Source: Candidatus Micrarchaeales archaeon
GTDB lineage: Archaea; Micrarchaeota; Micrarchaeia; Micrarchaeales; CABMGC01
DNA: 44,680 bases
Direction: 5' to 3'
Assembly (NCBI GenBank): GCA_050749785.1
Contig: JBOGSA010000007.1
Span: 1 to 44,680, forward strand
Under the pieces are notes generated by a model, which saw only the letters and a program-made list of their open reading frames with translations, had not been told where the DNA came from and searched no databases. Shown piece by piece: positions 22,618 to 32,891 of the stretch (its first letter is position 1; each line of letters begins with the position of its first letter). A program made the translations under genes and the position numbers.

Positions 22618-24159
22618 CTACTTTATCTTGTCAAAAACAATGTATGGTTGCTTTATTGCAATCCCCTCCGTTGTGCTGGTTCCCAAGATGTTCAGCAGTT
22701 TCTCCGATGAAGACGGTGTGTAAGGATAAAGTAGCCTAACGATTATCCCACACGCTTGCCAGCACACAAACAATATGCGTTCTGTGTTCTCCTTGTCTGT
22801 CTTTATAAGTTCCCACGGCGCATTGCTCTGGAAATATTTATTTGCATCATTTCCTATTTCCAATATCCTCAACATAGCCTCGTGCAGCCTGCATTCACCA
22901 AGTAATTTTGTAGCCTCACCTTCCAAGGTCGAAATTTTTTGCAGGAAGTCCTCATCTTGCTTTTCCAATTTTTTAACACCCAATTTGCCACTATAGTTAT
23001 TCCAGATGAATGTCAAAGACCTGTGGATAAAGTTGCCGAGATTGCCAACTAGCTCATTGTTTATTGCCTCGACCAACCCAGTTTCCGAAAAGTCTCCATC
23101 CTCGAAAGTCGGTATGCTCTTCAACAGATAATATCTCAACTTTTCAGCGCCATATTTGTCGATTAACATTAGTGGATCTAGTACGTTTCCTATGCTCTTG
23201 CTCATTTTCTGCCCGTTTACTGTTATGTATCCGTGTATGAAAATATTTTTGGGCAGCGCAAGACCTGCAGACATCAATATTCCTGGCCAATACAATGCGT
23301 GGAACCTCGTTATTCCCTTCCCAATAACATGAACATCAGCCGGCCAATACTTCTCGAATTTCTCCTTATTTTGTGGATACCCAATTCCGGTGAGGTAGAT
23401 TGCCAGCGCATCGAACCATACAAACATTATCTGCGATTGATCTCCAGGGACGGGGACCCCCCAGCCCTTGGCACGCTTTACCGATCTTGAGACGCTAAAG
23501 TCCTGAAGCCCTTCCTTCACAAATGTTAGCATCTCACTCTTTCTAGATTCTGGCATTATCCTTAGTTCATCTTTTGAAATCAGCTCTTCAATCTGCTTTT
23601 GATATTTTGATAATCTAAAGAAGTAGTTTTCTTCCTCCACAATCTCCGGCTTTATTCCGTGCTCTGGACATAAGCCCTTTATCAGTTCTTTTTCCATGTA
23701 GAACTCTTCGCATTCAACGCAATACAGACCGCTGTACATCTTCGTGTATATATCTCCAGACTTGTTGCACAGTTCCCAGAGCATCTCAGGTCCTTTCCAA
23801 TGTTCCTCTTTGACCGAAGATCTCACAAAGGAATCAAATGAGAGTTCGATTTTCTCTGCAAGTTCCCTAAACATCTTTGCATTCTTCTCGCAAAGAAGCG
23901 CAGGTGTTATCCCAAGTTTTTCCGCAGCTCTCACATTCTTCAGGCTGTTCTCATCAGAACCGGTTGTTAAAAATACGTCCTCACCTAGACTTTTGTGATA
24001 TCTTGCAATTGCGTCAGTTTGCACGAACTCTAAGGCATGGCCTAGGTGTGGTGCGGCATTAACGTATGGAATTGCCGTAGTTATGTAAAATTTGGATCTT
24101 CCTGCTATGAAACCACCGTGGCTTGCAACTGTTCTATGTAGTTCATATTTGCACCACAT
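22618..24159 (-). CDS. metG: Methionyl-tRNA synthetase, core enzyme without a C-terminal tRNA-binding domain
   Basis: HIGH-type PYVNAAPHLGHALE, KMSKS (QKMSKSIGN) and a Cys-rich knuckle (CVECEEF...CPEHG). It ends after the anticodon-binding domain. Confidence 0.9.
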   Translation of the reverse strand: MWCKYELHRTVASHGGFIAGRSKFYITTAIPYVNAAPHLGHALEFVQTDAIARYHKSLGEDVFLTTGSDENSLKNVRAAEKLGITPALLCEKNAKMFRELAEKIELSFDSFVRSSVKEEHWKGPEMLWELCNKSGDIYTKMYSGLYCVECEEFYMEKELIKGLCPEHGIKPEIVEEENYFFRLSKYQKQIEELISKDELRIMPESRKSEMLTFVKEGLQDFSVSRSVKRAKGWGVPVPGDQSQIMFVWFDALAIYLTGIGYPQNKEKFEKYWPADVHVIGKGITRFHALYWPGILMSAGLALPKNIFIHGYITVNGQKMSKSIGNVLDPLMLIDKYGAEKLRYYLLKSIPTFEDGDFSETGLVEAINNELVGNLGNFIHRSLTFIWNNYSGKLGVKKLEKQDEDFLQKISTLEGEATKLLGECRLHEAMLRILEIGNDANKYFQSNAPWELIKTDKENTERILFVCWQACGIIVRLLYPYTPSSSEKLLNILGTSTTEGIAIKQPYIVFDKIK

Positions 24160-24297
24160 TATTCTTATTACTTAGGGGCTAAAGAAACAACGTCTAAAAC
24201 GTCGATTTAGCGTATTAGTGGAAGTTTCAGTCAGCCCTTTTATTCCTTTTAAATAGTAATACAACAATAATATCCTAGTTTCTTTTGGGGTACATGC

Positions 24298-26358
24298 ATG
24301 GATGCTATAGCTACTGACGATTTGAAGAATAAATTCGTAGAGTTCTTCAATGCATACTACACGGAGCAGATAAATGCGATGTTCATCTCCTATCCAAAGA
24401 AGAGGAGCGTTCCGATTGATATAAAGGATCTCGAGAAGTTCGATTCGGATCTGGCCCACGAGCTGATAAACAAGCCAGACAACATAATCCTAATATCAAA
24501 CGATGCTCTTGCATCAATGAATCCCAACACCGAAGCAAGAGAGCCAGTATATGCAAGGTTTATCGGGCTGGAAAATGAAGGGCTCATGATTCAAGACGTC
24601 GGGTCCCAAAATATCGGGAAACTTTTGGTCCTTGACTCACTCGTGGTAAAAAGGTCCGAGATTACGCCAAAAGTTCACATCGGCGTATACAGATGCTCTT
24701 TTTGCAACTCTGTGGTTAAGATTCTCATTGACAAGGACAATGTGCCAGATGTATGCCCGCAGTGCAAACGAAGGGCGCTCAGGCAGATAAATGACGAATC
24801 AGAATTCATAAACCTGCAGAGAATTGCAGTGCAGGATCCTCTTGAAAGACTCAAGGGAAGCACGCCCACATGGCAGCTTGAAGTCTGGCTCTCCGACGAT
24901 CTTGTCAATACGATTATTCCCGGAGACAGAATCGACATAACCGGAATACTTAGAATCAGACCGAAGAAGACCGCGCGCGGAAGAGAGGACAAAACACTCT
25001 TCACCATGTTCTTTGACTGTGTCGGGATAAAGACGAAGCAGAAGGAGTTTGCGGAGATAGATATTTCCGAGGATGAGGAACAGACCATAAAGGAGATGGC
25101 AAAGGACCAGCACATCTTCGATAAGATTGCTATGTCAATTGCCCCCTCCATCTACGGTCACGAGCAGATAAAGCAGTCGCTTGCCTTACAACTTTTCGGC
25201 GGAACGCCAGATAAGAAGCTCATAGACGGATCGCCGATAAGATCCGATGTACACATCTTGCTGATTGGAGACCCAGGTTCAGCTAAGACAAGATTGCTTC
25301 AGGCAGTTACAGCGATTGTGCCGAAGGGAATCTATGTGAGTGGAAAGTCGACAAGCTCTGCCGGACTCACTGCATCTGCTGAAAGAGATGAATTTGCAGA
25401 GGGCGGATGGACACTCAAGGCAGGAGCGCTGGTGCTTGGTTCTGGCGGAGAGGTATCTATCGACGAATTCGATAAGATTGGAGATGAGGACAAGTCATCG
25501 CTTCTTGAAGCGCTCGAATCGCAAACTATCAGCGTTGCAAAGGCTGGAATAGTTGCAAGGTTCAATGCAAAAACATCGGTGCTCGCAGCGGCAAACCCGA
25601 AATACGGAAGGTTCGATCCCAACACCTATCCTGCAGAGCAGTTTGATATCCCTCCAGCGCTGCTTTCAAGATTCGATCTCATATTCCCTATAAAGGACGT
25701 TATTGACGAGGAGCAGGACAAAAAGATCGCAAAGCACATACTCATACAGCATGAGGCGGCAGGTGCATCTCTTGCAGACCTAAAGGACTATGCGCAGGTT
25801 GAAGCCCCACCAATAAACTCTGACATCCTCAGAAAATATGTAGCATACGCAAAGAAGAACATAAGGCCAAGGCTCTCTCCAGAGGCCACAGCAAAAATCG
25901 AGGAGTATTATTTGGATCTTAGAAAAATCGGGATGAAATCCGGAGCAACTCCTATAACCCCAAGGCAAATAGAAGGTCTGGTAAGGCTCGCGGAGGGAAG
26001 CGCAAAGTCACGATTGTCGCTGATGATAGAGCTCAAGGACTCAGAACTTGCTATCAGCCTCTTCGAATTCATGCTCAGGACCCTTGCGGTCGACAGGGGA
26101 GGAAGGAGAGACATCGACACCCTCTTAACCGGAATGCCGAGAGAGAAGGTCACGAAGATAAACTCAATAATCTCGATAATCAAGAAGCTCGAACAGGAGG
26201 AGAACTTCGCCAAGATGACCAGAGTCCTTGAAGAAGCAGAAAAGGAAGGCGTTGATAGGGCGAGCACCACCAAGTACATCAACGAGCTTGAGAGGATCGG
26301 CGATATCTACAGCCCTAAGCCGGGAATACTCAAGATAGTCAAGCACGACGAGGAATAG
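24298..26358 (+). CDS. mcm: Minichromosome maintenance (MCM) replicative helicase
   Basis: Zn finger CSFCNS...CPQCKRR, Walker A GDPGSAKT, Walker B SIDEFDK, Arg finger SRFDLIF and a C-terminal wHTH. No intein. Confidence 0.95.
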   Translation: MDAIATDDLKNKFVEFFNAYYTEQINAMFISYPKKRSVPIDIKDLEKFDSDLAHELINKPDNIILISNDALASMNPNTEAREPVYARFIGLENEGLMIQDVGSQNIGKLLVLDSLVVKRSEITPKVHIGVYRCSFCNSVVKILIDKDNVPDVCPQCKRRALRQINDESEFINLQRIAVQDPLERLKGSTPTWQLEVWLSDDLVNTIIPGDRIDITGILRIRPKKTARGREDKTLFTMFFDCVGIKTKQKEFAEIDISEDEEQTIKEMAKDQHIFDKIAMSIAPSIYGHEQIKQSLALQLFGGTPDKKLIDGSPIRSDVHILLIGDPGSAKTRLLQAVTAIVPKGIYVSGKSTSSAGLTASAERDEFAEGGWTLKAGALVLGSGGEVSIDEFDKIGDEDKSSLLEALESQTISVAKAGIVARFNAKTSVLAAANPKYGRFDPNTYPAEQFDIPPALLSRFDLIFPIKDVIDEEQDKKIAKHILIQHEAAGASLADLKDYAQVEAPPINSDILRKYVAYAKKNIRPRLSPEATAKIEEYYLDLRKIGMKSGATPITPRQIEGLVRLAEGSAKSRLSLMIELKDSELAISLFEFMLRTLAVDRGGRRDIDTLLTGMPREKVTKINSIISIIKKLEQEENFAKMTRVLEEAEKEGVDRASTTKYINELERIGDIYSPKPGILKIVKHDEE

Positions 26359-26408
26359 GTGTTCAACTGCTCAGAAGAATTGAGGTAAGGCAACTAGCGC
26401 ACATAATC

Positions 26409-27455
26409 GTGCTCTTCCTAATCGTCCAGTTCGGCGGGCTGCTACTTGCCTCAACTGTTTTCTCCACCGCACAGATTACTCTAGTATCGACAGGCACCGC
26501 ATCTAGCACCGGGTCCCTCTCTGAAGTGCTCTACTATTTCGGATTCATACTGCTATCAGCAGTGCTGCTTTTGATATTGATAAAACGTTACAACGGTGAC
26601 ATACTTTTCACGCTCCTGGAGGGATTCATGGTAATAGTTACCGGATTCTTCTTCTTTCTCTTACTGCTTAGCTACATATTTCCCAACGCTCCTGCAACGC
26701 CACTGAGCGCTGCTTCGCTCCTGCTCCCACTCGCCCTCTTATACGCAAAAAGAAAGAGACCATCTCTGACAAACTTTGTGGTCATAATATCGAGCATCGG
26801 ATTCGGAGTCGTATTGGGAATAACCTTCTTATCCGCAGGCTTTGGTTTCGTTGGCGCTTTCCTACTTATGGCACTGATTGCCGCATACGATTACATCGCT
26901 GTTTTCATAACCAAGCACATGATAACTTTTGCCAAAGCGCTCTCCAGCAGGAATCTTGCGTTTCTGATAACTGCATCAGATGTTGAGGTCGCGCCAAGAT
27001 CTGTCGCGATGAAAAACGACAGTGGATACAAAGCACACCTGCAGGAAATAAAAAAACTTAACAACCCACTAATCAACAAGATAATAAAAGATGGAGATTT
27101 TCCAATCATCTCCCAGGTCGCTTTAGGTGCAGGCGATCTCGGATTGCCCCTCATGGTCGCTGTAGCAGCGTATACGCTTTTCCTCAACTATTTCCTCAGT
27201 GTGGCTGTGATTATCGGAGGTGCTGTTGGACTTATCGTAACTATGGCTATGCTCAAAAAGTATCAGCGCGCGCTTCCTGCAATTCCTCCACTATTCACAT
27301 TCATATCCATTGCAATTGGCATAGCCCTACTCTTTACCCCGCAATCGGATATATTTTCGTCTCTGGCGTTTGTGGGAATCGGCGTCGCAGTCCTTGCAAT
27401 AATGATAATTACGTTGAACAATGGCGAGCAGAAAATAGGCAGAAAACAAAGTTGA
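26409..27455 (+). CDS. Presenilin/signal-peptide-peptidase-like intramembrane aspartyl protease (A22 family)
   Basis: Polytopic membrane protein with the YD (IAAYDYIAVF), GxGD (LGAGDLGLPL) and PAL-like (ALPAIPPL) motifs in the canonical order. Confidence 0.75.
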   Translation: MLFLIVQFGGLLLASTVFSTAQITLVSTGTASSTGSLSEVLYYFGFILLSAVLLLILIKRYNGDILFTLLEGFMVIVTGFFFFLLLLSYIFPNAPATPLSAASLLLPLALLYAKRKRPSLTNFVVIISSIGFGVVLGITFLSAGFGFVGAFLLMALIAAYDYIAVFITKHMITFAKALSSRNLAFLITASDVEVAPRSVAMKNDSGYKAHLQEIKKLNNPLINKIIKDGDFPIISQVALGAGDLGLPLMVAVAAYTLFLNYFLSVAVIIGGAVGLIVTMAMLKKYQRALPAIPPLFTFISIAIGIALLFTPQSDIFSSLAFVGIGVAVLAIMIITLNNGEQKIGRKQS

Positions 27456-27492
27456 AGAGCAGCTATAAAAAGAGTCTTGCATAAGCCCCTGT

Positions 27493-28065
27493 ATGGAAAC
27501 AGTTAAGCCTCCTACATCAGCATTTAAAAATGTAGAAATATTAGAGATAAAATCAGTCGCAAGGGGAGACCGCGTTTGTGTTGACACTATTGCTAAGCTA
27601 AAGAATAAAGAAGGTATGCTAGTGGGTAGCAGATCAAACTTTTTATTCTTAATATACAACGAATCTCGCGCTTCAAAATTTACTTCCGCAAGGCCCTTCA
27701 GGGTGAATGCAGGTGCAGTACACTCGTATACGCTATCTGCTGATGGAACCACAAAATACCTTTCGGAATTGGAAGCAGGTTCAGAAATCTGGGTCTTTAC
27801 ACCGCAGGGATGGGGTAAGACTACAACGGTAGGGCGCGCGAAAACCGAGACCCGCCCAATGTTGTTAATAACAGCGAAAAGCGGTAAGGAGATTGGCAGC
27901 GTGATAGTTCAGGATGCCGAGACTGTTAATCTGGTACTTGCTGGTGGGGGGAGAGTTAAGGTTACGGAATTAAAGAAAGGACAAAGGGTAATTGCCTGTG
28001 TGACACGTCCAATCGGAAGGCATTTCGGCAATGATGTATCTGGCGAATTCATTTTAGAAAAATGA
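27493..28065 (+). CDS. 3-dehydroquinate synthase II (archaeal type), C-terminal half only; possible gene remnant
   Basis: GDRVCVDT, RPFRVNAGAVHSY, KYLSELEAGSE, GRAKTETRPMLLI, QDAETVNLV and GRHFG all match the C-terminal half of archaeal DHQS-II as I recall it (for example the M. jannaschii enzyme). Only 37 nt separate it from the upstream gene, so there is no room for the N-terminal half. Confidence 0.65.
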   Translation: METVKPPTSAFKNVEILEIKSVARGDRVCVDTIAKLKNKEGMLVGSRSNFLFLIYNESRASKFTSARPFRVNAGAVHSYTLSADGTTKYLSELEAGSEIWVFTPQGWGKTTTVGRAKTETRPMLLITAKSGKEIGSVIVQDAETVNLVLAGGGRVKVTELKKGQRVIACVTRPIGRHFGNDVSGEFILEK

Positions 28066-28069
28066 GCAA

Positions 28070-28774
28070 TTAGAACATTCCAAATTTCTTCTTTTTAGGA
28101 TCAGAATCTTCCTTCCCTGATTTATCAACACGAACTCTGAATCTATCAGTCACTACAACTTTTCCCTGTCCCTTGCATGTTCCACACTTTTTCTCGAATA
28201 TCTTTCCCCTGCCCTTGCACCGATCGCAGGTAATCACCATCTGAAATCTTCCGAATAAGCTGTTCTGCTGGATATGCCTTCTTCCTGTGCCATCGCAAGT
28301 CTGGCATGTAACCTGCTTTGATCCGGGCTCTCCTCCGCCTCCACTGCAGTGCGTGCATGTCTTGTAATGCTCTACTGCAAATTCCCTGTCTATGCCCTTT
28401 TCTATGTCGTTAAAGGAGAATGAGAGATTTACACCCTGTTGCTCGGTGTTGTCACCGAAGCCGCCGCTGAACGGATCGAAGTTCTGTCCGAAGATATCCT
28501 TAAACATTTCCTCTGTGTTAAAGCCCCTGAAGATATCCTCTGCATTGTACTGCTGCCCGAACTGCTGCGCTCCATAGGTATCATACTGCTGCCTCTTCTG
28601 AGCATTGCCGAGTACAGCGTATGCCTCGTTTATCTCCTGCATCCTAGCCTGAGCCTTGGGATCCTTATTCTTGTCCGGATGATATTTTATTACAAGCTCC
28701 CTGTAAGCCTTCTTTACCTGCTCTTCGCTAGCGTTTTTCGCAACCCCGAGCACTTCATAGTAGTCTTTCGTCAT
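28070..28774 (-). CDS. dnaJ: DnaJ-type co-chaperone, short form (J domain plus G/F region plus Zn finger)
   Basis: DYYEVLGV...YHPDKN J domain. Four CxxCxGxG repeats ([32 protein letters not shown]). At 234 aa it lacks most of the C-terminal substrate-binding domains. Confidence 0.85.
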   Translation of the reverse strand: MTKDYYEVLGVAKNASEEQVKKAYRELVIKYHPDKNKDPKAQARMQEINEAYAVLGNAQKRQQYDTYGAQQFGQQYNAEDIFRGFNTEEMFKDIFGQNFDPFSGGFGDNTEQQGVNLSFSFNDIEKGIDREFAVEHYKTCTHCSGGGGEPGSKQVTCQTCDGTGRRHIQQNSLFGRFQMVITCDRCKGRGKIFEKKCGTCKGQGKVVVTDRFRVRVDKSGKEDSDPKKKKFGMF

Positions 28775-30630
28775 TACTTCTCCTTGTCAGGACCTTCCTC
28801 CTTTGAATCGCTGCCATCATCCTTTTTCTCTTCGCTGCCTGCGTTCTGATCCTCTGCGCTTGGTCCCTGCGCTTCGCTCTGCTTGTACATCTCGCTTCCC
28901 ATGTTCTGCATCGCTTCTTTTAACGCGTCGAACTTCTGCTGCATCTGATCCTTGTCCTCCTTCTTTATCGCCTCCTGCGCGTCCTTTACTGCGCTCTCGA
29001 CTTTCTGCTTCGTTTCAGCCGACACCTTGTCTCCGTTCTCCTTTAGCAGCTTCTCAGCCGAGTAGATCATCGATTCTGTGTTATTCTTTACCTCTATGTA
29101 CTCGCGTATCTTCTTGTCCTCTTCAGAATACTGCTCAGCCTCCTTCATCTTCCTTTCGATGTCGTCCTTGTTCATCTTGTGCGGCGCCACTACCTTTATG
29201 CTCTGCTCCTTGTTCGTTGCCTTGTCCTTAGCTGTTACGTGCAGTATGCCGTTTGCATCTATGTCAAAAGTCACTTCAACCTGCGGCACTCCTCTAGGCG
29301 CAGGCGGTATGCCTGTTAGCATGAACCTTCCAAGCTCTATGTTGTCCTTTGACATAGTCCTCTCTCCTTGGAGTATGTTTATGTCAACGCTGGTCTGCGA
29401 ATCATCTGCGGTTGTGAATATCTGAGACTTCTTTATCGGAATTGTTGTGTTCCTCTCGATAAGTTTTGTCATCACTCCCCCTAGAGTCTCAAGACCCAAA
29501 GACAAAGGTGTTACATCAAGCAGCACAATATCCTTGACCTCCCCTGTTAACACTCCGGCCTGAATCGCGGCTCCAAATCCTACAGCCTCCATGGGATCCA
29601 CTCCTCTTTCTATCTTCTTTCCAAGAAGCTGTTCGACATATCTCTGCACTATCGGCATTCTTGTCGGCCCACCAACAAGTATGACCTTGTCGATCTGGCT
29701 TGGCTCGAGCTTTGCGTCCTTGAGCGCGCTTGCAACCGGTTTGGTTGTGCGTTCCACTATCGGCACAATTATCTCCTCAAGCTTTGCCCTTGTGAACTGG
29801 TATGTAAAGTGAACTGGCGCGTTTCCAGGACCCATTCCCAAGAAAGGAAGGTTGATGTCACTAGTCAGCGTGGTAGACAATTCGATCTTTGCCTTCTCAC
29901 CAGCCTCTTGCAATCTCTGCATTGCCTGCCTGTCGTTCTTGATGTCGATTCCCGCCACTTTCTTTACTTCTGCAAGAAGGAAGTCGACAATCGCATTATC
30001 CATATCGGTGCCACCGAGCTCAGTGTCCCCGTTAGTTGCCTTTACTTCAAAGACTCCGCTTCCTAGTTCCATTATGGTGACGTCAAGCGTTCCTCCTCCG
30101 AAATCGTAGACAAGGATCTTCATGTCCTTTCCTGTCTTGTCTAGTCCATATGCAAGGCTCGCAGCAGTCGGTTCGTTAACAAGCCTCACGACTTCTAGGC
30201 CTGCAATCTGGCCCGCGTCCTTTGTCGCCTGTCTTTGGTTGTCGTTGAAATATGCTGGGACTGTTATGACCGCCTTTGTAACCGGCTCTCCTAGGAATGC
30301 TTCCGCGTCAGCTTTTATCTTCTGCAGCAACATCGCAGAAAGTTCCTGTGGCGTGTATTCCTTCCCGAATATCTTGTACTTGTAATCAGTTCCCATCTTC
30401 CTCTTGAAAGCAGATACCGTTCCTTCAGGATTTGCTACAGCTTGCCTCTTTGCTGGCTCTCCCATCAGCCTCTGGCCATCCTTAGTGAACGCAACATAGC
30501 TTGGGAATGACTTCCCGTACAGCGATGTTCCCTCGCTGCTAGGCACCAGCACTGGCCTTCCTCCTTCGAGTACCGCTGCTGCTGAATTGCTTGTTCCTAA
30601 ATCTATTCCAATTATTTTCATCTCATTCAC
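28774..30630 (-). CDS. dnaK: Hsp70 chaperone DnaK
   Basis: [19 protein letters not shown] and [11 protein letters not shown] signatures. Its stop overlaps the dnaJ ATG by 1 nt (TAATG). Confidence 0.95.
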   Translation of the reverse strand: MNEMKIIGIDLGTSNSAAAVLEGGRPVLVPSSEGTSLYGKSFPSYVAFTKDGQRLMGEPAKRQAVANPEGTVSAFKRKMGTDYKYKIFGKEYTPQELSAMLLQKIKADAEAFLGEPVTKAVITVPAYFNDNQRQATKDAGQIAGLEVVRLVNEPTAASLAYGLDKTGKDMKILVYDFGGGTLDVTIMELGSGVFEVKATNGDTELGGTDMDNAIVDFLLAEVKKVAGIDIKNDRQAMQRLQEAGEKAKIELSTTLTSDINLPFLGMGPGNAPVHFTYQFTRAKLEEIIVPIVERTTKPVASALKDAKLEPSQIDKVILVGGPTRMPIVQRYVEQLLGKKIERGVDPMEAVGFGAAIQAGVLTGEVKDIVLLDVTPLSLGLETLGGVMTKLIERNTTIPIKKSQIFTTADDSQTSVDINILQGERTMSKDNIELGRFMLTGIPPAPRGVPQVEVTFDIDANGILHVTAKDKATNKEQSIKVVAPHKMNKDDIERKMKEAEQYSEEDKKIREYIEVKNNTESMIYSAEKLLKENGDKVSAETKQKVESAVKDAQEAIKKEDKDQMQQKFDALKEAMQNMGSEMYKQSEAQGPSAEDQNAGSEEKKDDGSDSKEEGPDKEK

Positions 30631-31075
30631 CTTTTTCTTTTCCTTTCGATACGATGACCGAAGCCGGCCTTATCAAGATCTCCTTGAACGTATATCCCTT
30701 CCTCACAACTTCTAGGATCGTTCCCTCCTCTTTCTCGCTCTCTTTTGTCATTATGATCTCATGCTTGTACGGGTCTGATTTTCCCTTCGAATCTATTGCT
30801 CGCAGTCCATCTCCCATAAGAGCGTCAAGGAAGTTTGAATAAACCATTCCTATTCCTCTTATTCCCTCGTTGGGATTGTTGTTGATCGCAGTGATAGCAA
30901 GTTCGAACTCATCAAGCGCTGGCAGCATCTTCTTTATCAACTCCACCTTGCCTAGGTTCTTTGAATCTTCGATTTCCTTTGCAACCCTTTTCTTATAGTT
31001 GTCAAACTCAGCGGCTAGCCTAAGCAACCTGTCCTTGAGCTCATCAACCTCGCTAATCGTCTGCAGGGGTTGCAC
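30623..31075 (-). CDS. grpE: Nucleotide exchange factor GrpE
   Basis: [14 protein letters not shown]...[10 protein letters not shown]...PYKHEII...[16 protein letters not shown] is typical of GrpE. It overlaps the dnaK start. Confidence 0.85.
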   Translation of the reverse strand: MQPLQTISEVDELKDRLLRLAAEFDNYKKRVAKEIEDSKNLGKVELIKKMLPALDEFELAITAINNNPNEGIRGIGMVYSNFLDALMGDGLRAIDSKGKSDPYKHEIIMTKESEKEEGTILEVVRKGYTFKEILIRPASVIVSKGKEKGE

Positions 31076-31082
31076 ATCTGTT

Positions 31083-31526
31083 TCATTGTTTTTTATTTCT
31101 TCTTTGTCCTTTTCCTCTTCCGTAAAGATCCCCCATTATCATCTGGTCAAATTTCTCCGCAATCTGCATCATCCTTCCAAATTCCCTTGTCATATCAGCC
31201 TGCATCTCCTCAATCGTGCTCTCCATGTCCGTTGCGCGAAGGAAATACTTTCTTCCCTTCCTTACCACAAGGCCTGAGCTTATGAACCTGTTGAGGTGGT
31301 ATATCACAGTTGTCCTTGGAGTGTCAAGCTTGCTGTTTAGCTCCTTGCTCGTTACGCCTATGCCAACGAAGCTTGCACTCACAATCTCCTTGAGCATCCC
31401 AGGCTCAAGCGCGTTCTCATTCTCGGATAGGTCAAGCGATTTGAGAAACCAAGAGACGAAAGTGTCAACATTCTCTTTCTGAGGCCTCTGCACCTGCCTT
31501 ACAACTATCTTCTCCTCAGCTGCCAT
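31083..31526 (-). CDS. Winged-helix transcriptional regulator at the head of the grpE-dnaK-dnaJ operon
   Basis: GVTSKELNSKLDTPRTTVIYHLNRFISSGLVVRKGRKYFL is an ArsR/TrmB-like wHTH. It sits 7 nt upstream of grpE on the same strand. Confidence 0.6.
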   Translation of the reverse strand: MAAEEKIVVRQVQRPQKENVDTFVSWFLKSLDLSENENALEPGMLKEIVSASFVGIGVTSKELNSKLDTPRTTVIYHLNRFISSGLVVRKGRKYFLRATDMESTIEEMQADMTREFGRMMQIAEKFDQMIMGDLYGRGKGQRRNKKQ

Positions 31527-31668
31527 ATTCTACTTATATATGAATAAATATAAATATCTTTGTTTTCTTTCAACTAAAAGTTGTAAGAATAGCAATTTTG
31601 CGGAAGCGAGACGCGCAAGATGAAGCATTCAGATATGCTTTTATCCTTAGAATTTATAACTCATTTAT

Positions 31669-32739
31669 ATGGCATACACTGTTCTATTTGATTCTTACAT
31701 CGCCTTCGTAGCGTTGATTGGAATTGGAATGCTTGCTCTTAGTCTACGCACCTATAAGCAAGAGATAGTTGGGAACAATTACAATCCAAAGGTGTTGGTA
31801 ATAGTTCCATGCCGCGGAAAAGATCTGACGCTAGAAAAGAACCTGCAATCGCTCAAGGAACAGATGTACAAGAACTGCGACATACTCTGCGTTGTTGATG
31901 ACACCCATGATATCGCACTCAAGACCATAAAAAAATTAAAAATCCCCTACATACAAGCAGCCCCTAAATTCCCAAACGCTAGCGGCAAGGTAAGGGCAAT
32001 CGCCACTGCAATTGAGAAAAGAAATCGATATGAAGTGTATACAATTGCAGATTCCGATGTCTGGTTCGAGAGGGAATGGTTATCCAAACTAGTTGCCCCG
32101 CTCAAAGATAAAAGTTATGGCTTATCAACTGCATATCCCTTCTTCAATCCAAGCAATGGAACATGGTCAAAGATAAAGAGCGCATGGGGCATGGTTGGGG
32201 AAGGTCTAATGGAATCAAAGATAACAAGATTCGGTTGGGGCGGATCACTTGCTTTTAGAAAGGATCTGTTAAACGGGAAAAACTTTGAGCTCTTCAGTGA
32301 ATCAATTTCCGATGACATTGCTCTTACAACACTCAATCAGAAAAGAGGCCTGCAGATTTTCTATAGTGGCAATGCAGACATTAGAGTAAATCTGAAAGAG
32401 AATTCGCACACATTCTTCGAATGGGCAAACAGACAGACCGCGCTATCTTTACTAGGCTATGAAAAGAACTTCTACTTTGGCGTAGCCTTCTACTTCTCGC
32501 AAATTCTCCTTTTTATCTCTGGAATCGTATTGGGAATCATAGTTAACGCAATATTTCTCCTGCTGTTGACGCCATTTATTCTTGGAGCCATAAGAGGGTA
32601 TAATCGGCTAAGGGAAAAGTATCCTGAATATTTCCTGATAGCCGTTTTTCTCCCGTTCCTATACCTTTCCACTCTATTCGTCGCAAAAGGGATCAAGGAA
32701 ATCCAGTGGAGGGGCAGAAAATACAAGTTAAAAAGGTAA
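31669..32739 (+). CDS. Family 2 glycosyltransferase (GT2/GT21-like) with C-terminal membrane segments
   Basis: VLVIVPCRGKD, IADSDV and ISDDIAL motifs. N- and C-terminal hydrophobic helices. Confidence 0.7.
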   Translation: MAYTVLFDSYIAFVALIGIGMLALSLRTYKQEIVGNNYNPKVLVIVPCRGKDLTLEKNLQSLKEQMYKNCDILCVVDDTHDIALKTIKKLKIPYIQAAPKFPNASGKVRAIATAIEKRNRYEVYTIADSDVWFEREWLSKLVAPLKDKSYGLSTAYPFFNPSNGTWSKIKSAWGMVGEGLMESKITRFGWGGSLAFRKDLLNGKNFELFSESISDDIALTTLNQKRGLQIFYSGNADIRVNLKENSHTFFEWANRQTALSLLGYEKNFYFGVAFYFSQILLFISGIVLGIIVNAIFLLLLTPFILGAIRGYNRLREKYPEYFLIAVFLPFLYLSTLFVAKGIKEIQWRGRKYKLKR

Positions 32740-32791
32740 AAACAAAAAGCCCGCTAACGCTTAATAATATGAACGCACAGAAAGATGCTAT

Positions 32792-32866
32792 GGCCTTGGT
32801 GGTGTAATGGCTGCACGGAGGACTGTGGATCCTCTAGACCGGGTCCGATTCCCGGCCAAGGCCCCA
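32792..32866 (+). tRNA. tRNA-His (anticodon GTG) with encoded G-1 and CCA
   Basis: G-1 precedes the acceptor GCCTTGG/CCAAGGC and faces C73. D arm GTGT-AATGGCT-GCAC, anticodon arm GAGGA-CTGTGGA-TCCTC, T arm CCGGG-TCCGATT-CCCGG, then CCA. Confidence 0.9.
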
Positions 32867-32891
32867 TTACAAATGAAACTAAGGTTTTGTC

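Noticed and set aside
24160-24297. I examined the divergent intergenic region between metG and mcm as a possible replication origin, looking for ORB-like repeats and an AT-rich unwinding element.
   Set aside because: It has no repeated ORB-like elements and no adjacent orc1/cdc6 gene. The TATA-like ttttaaata is adequately explained as the mcm promoter.
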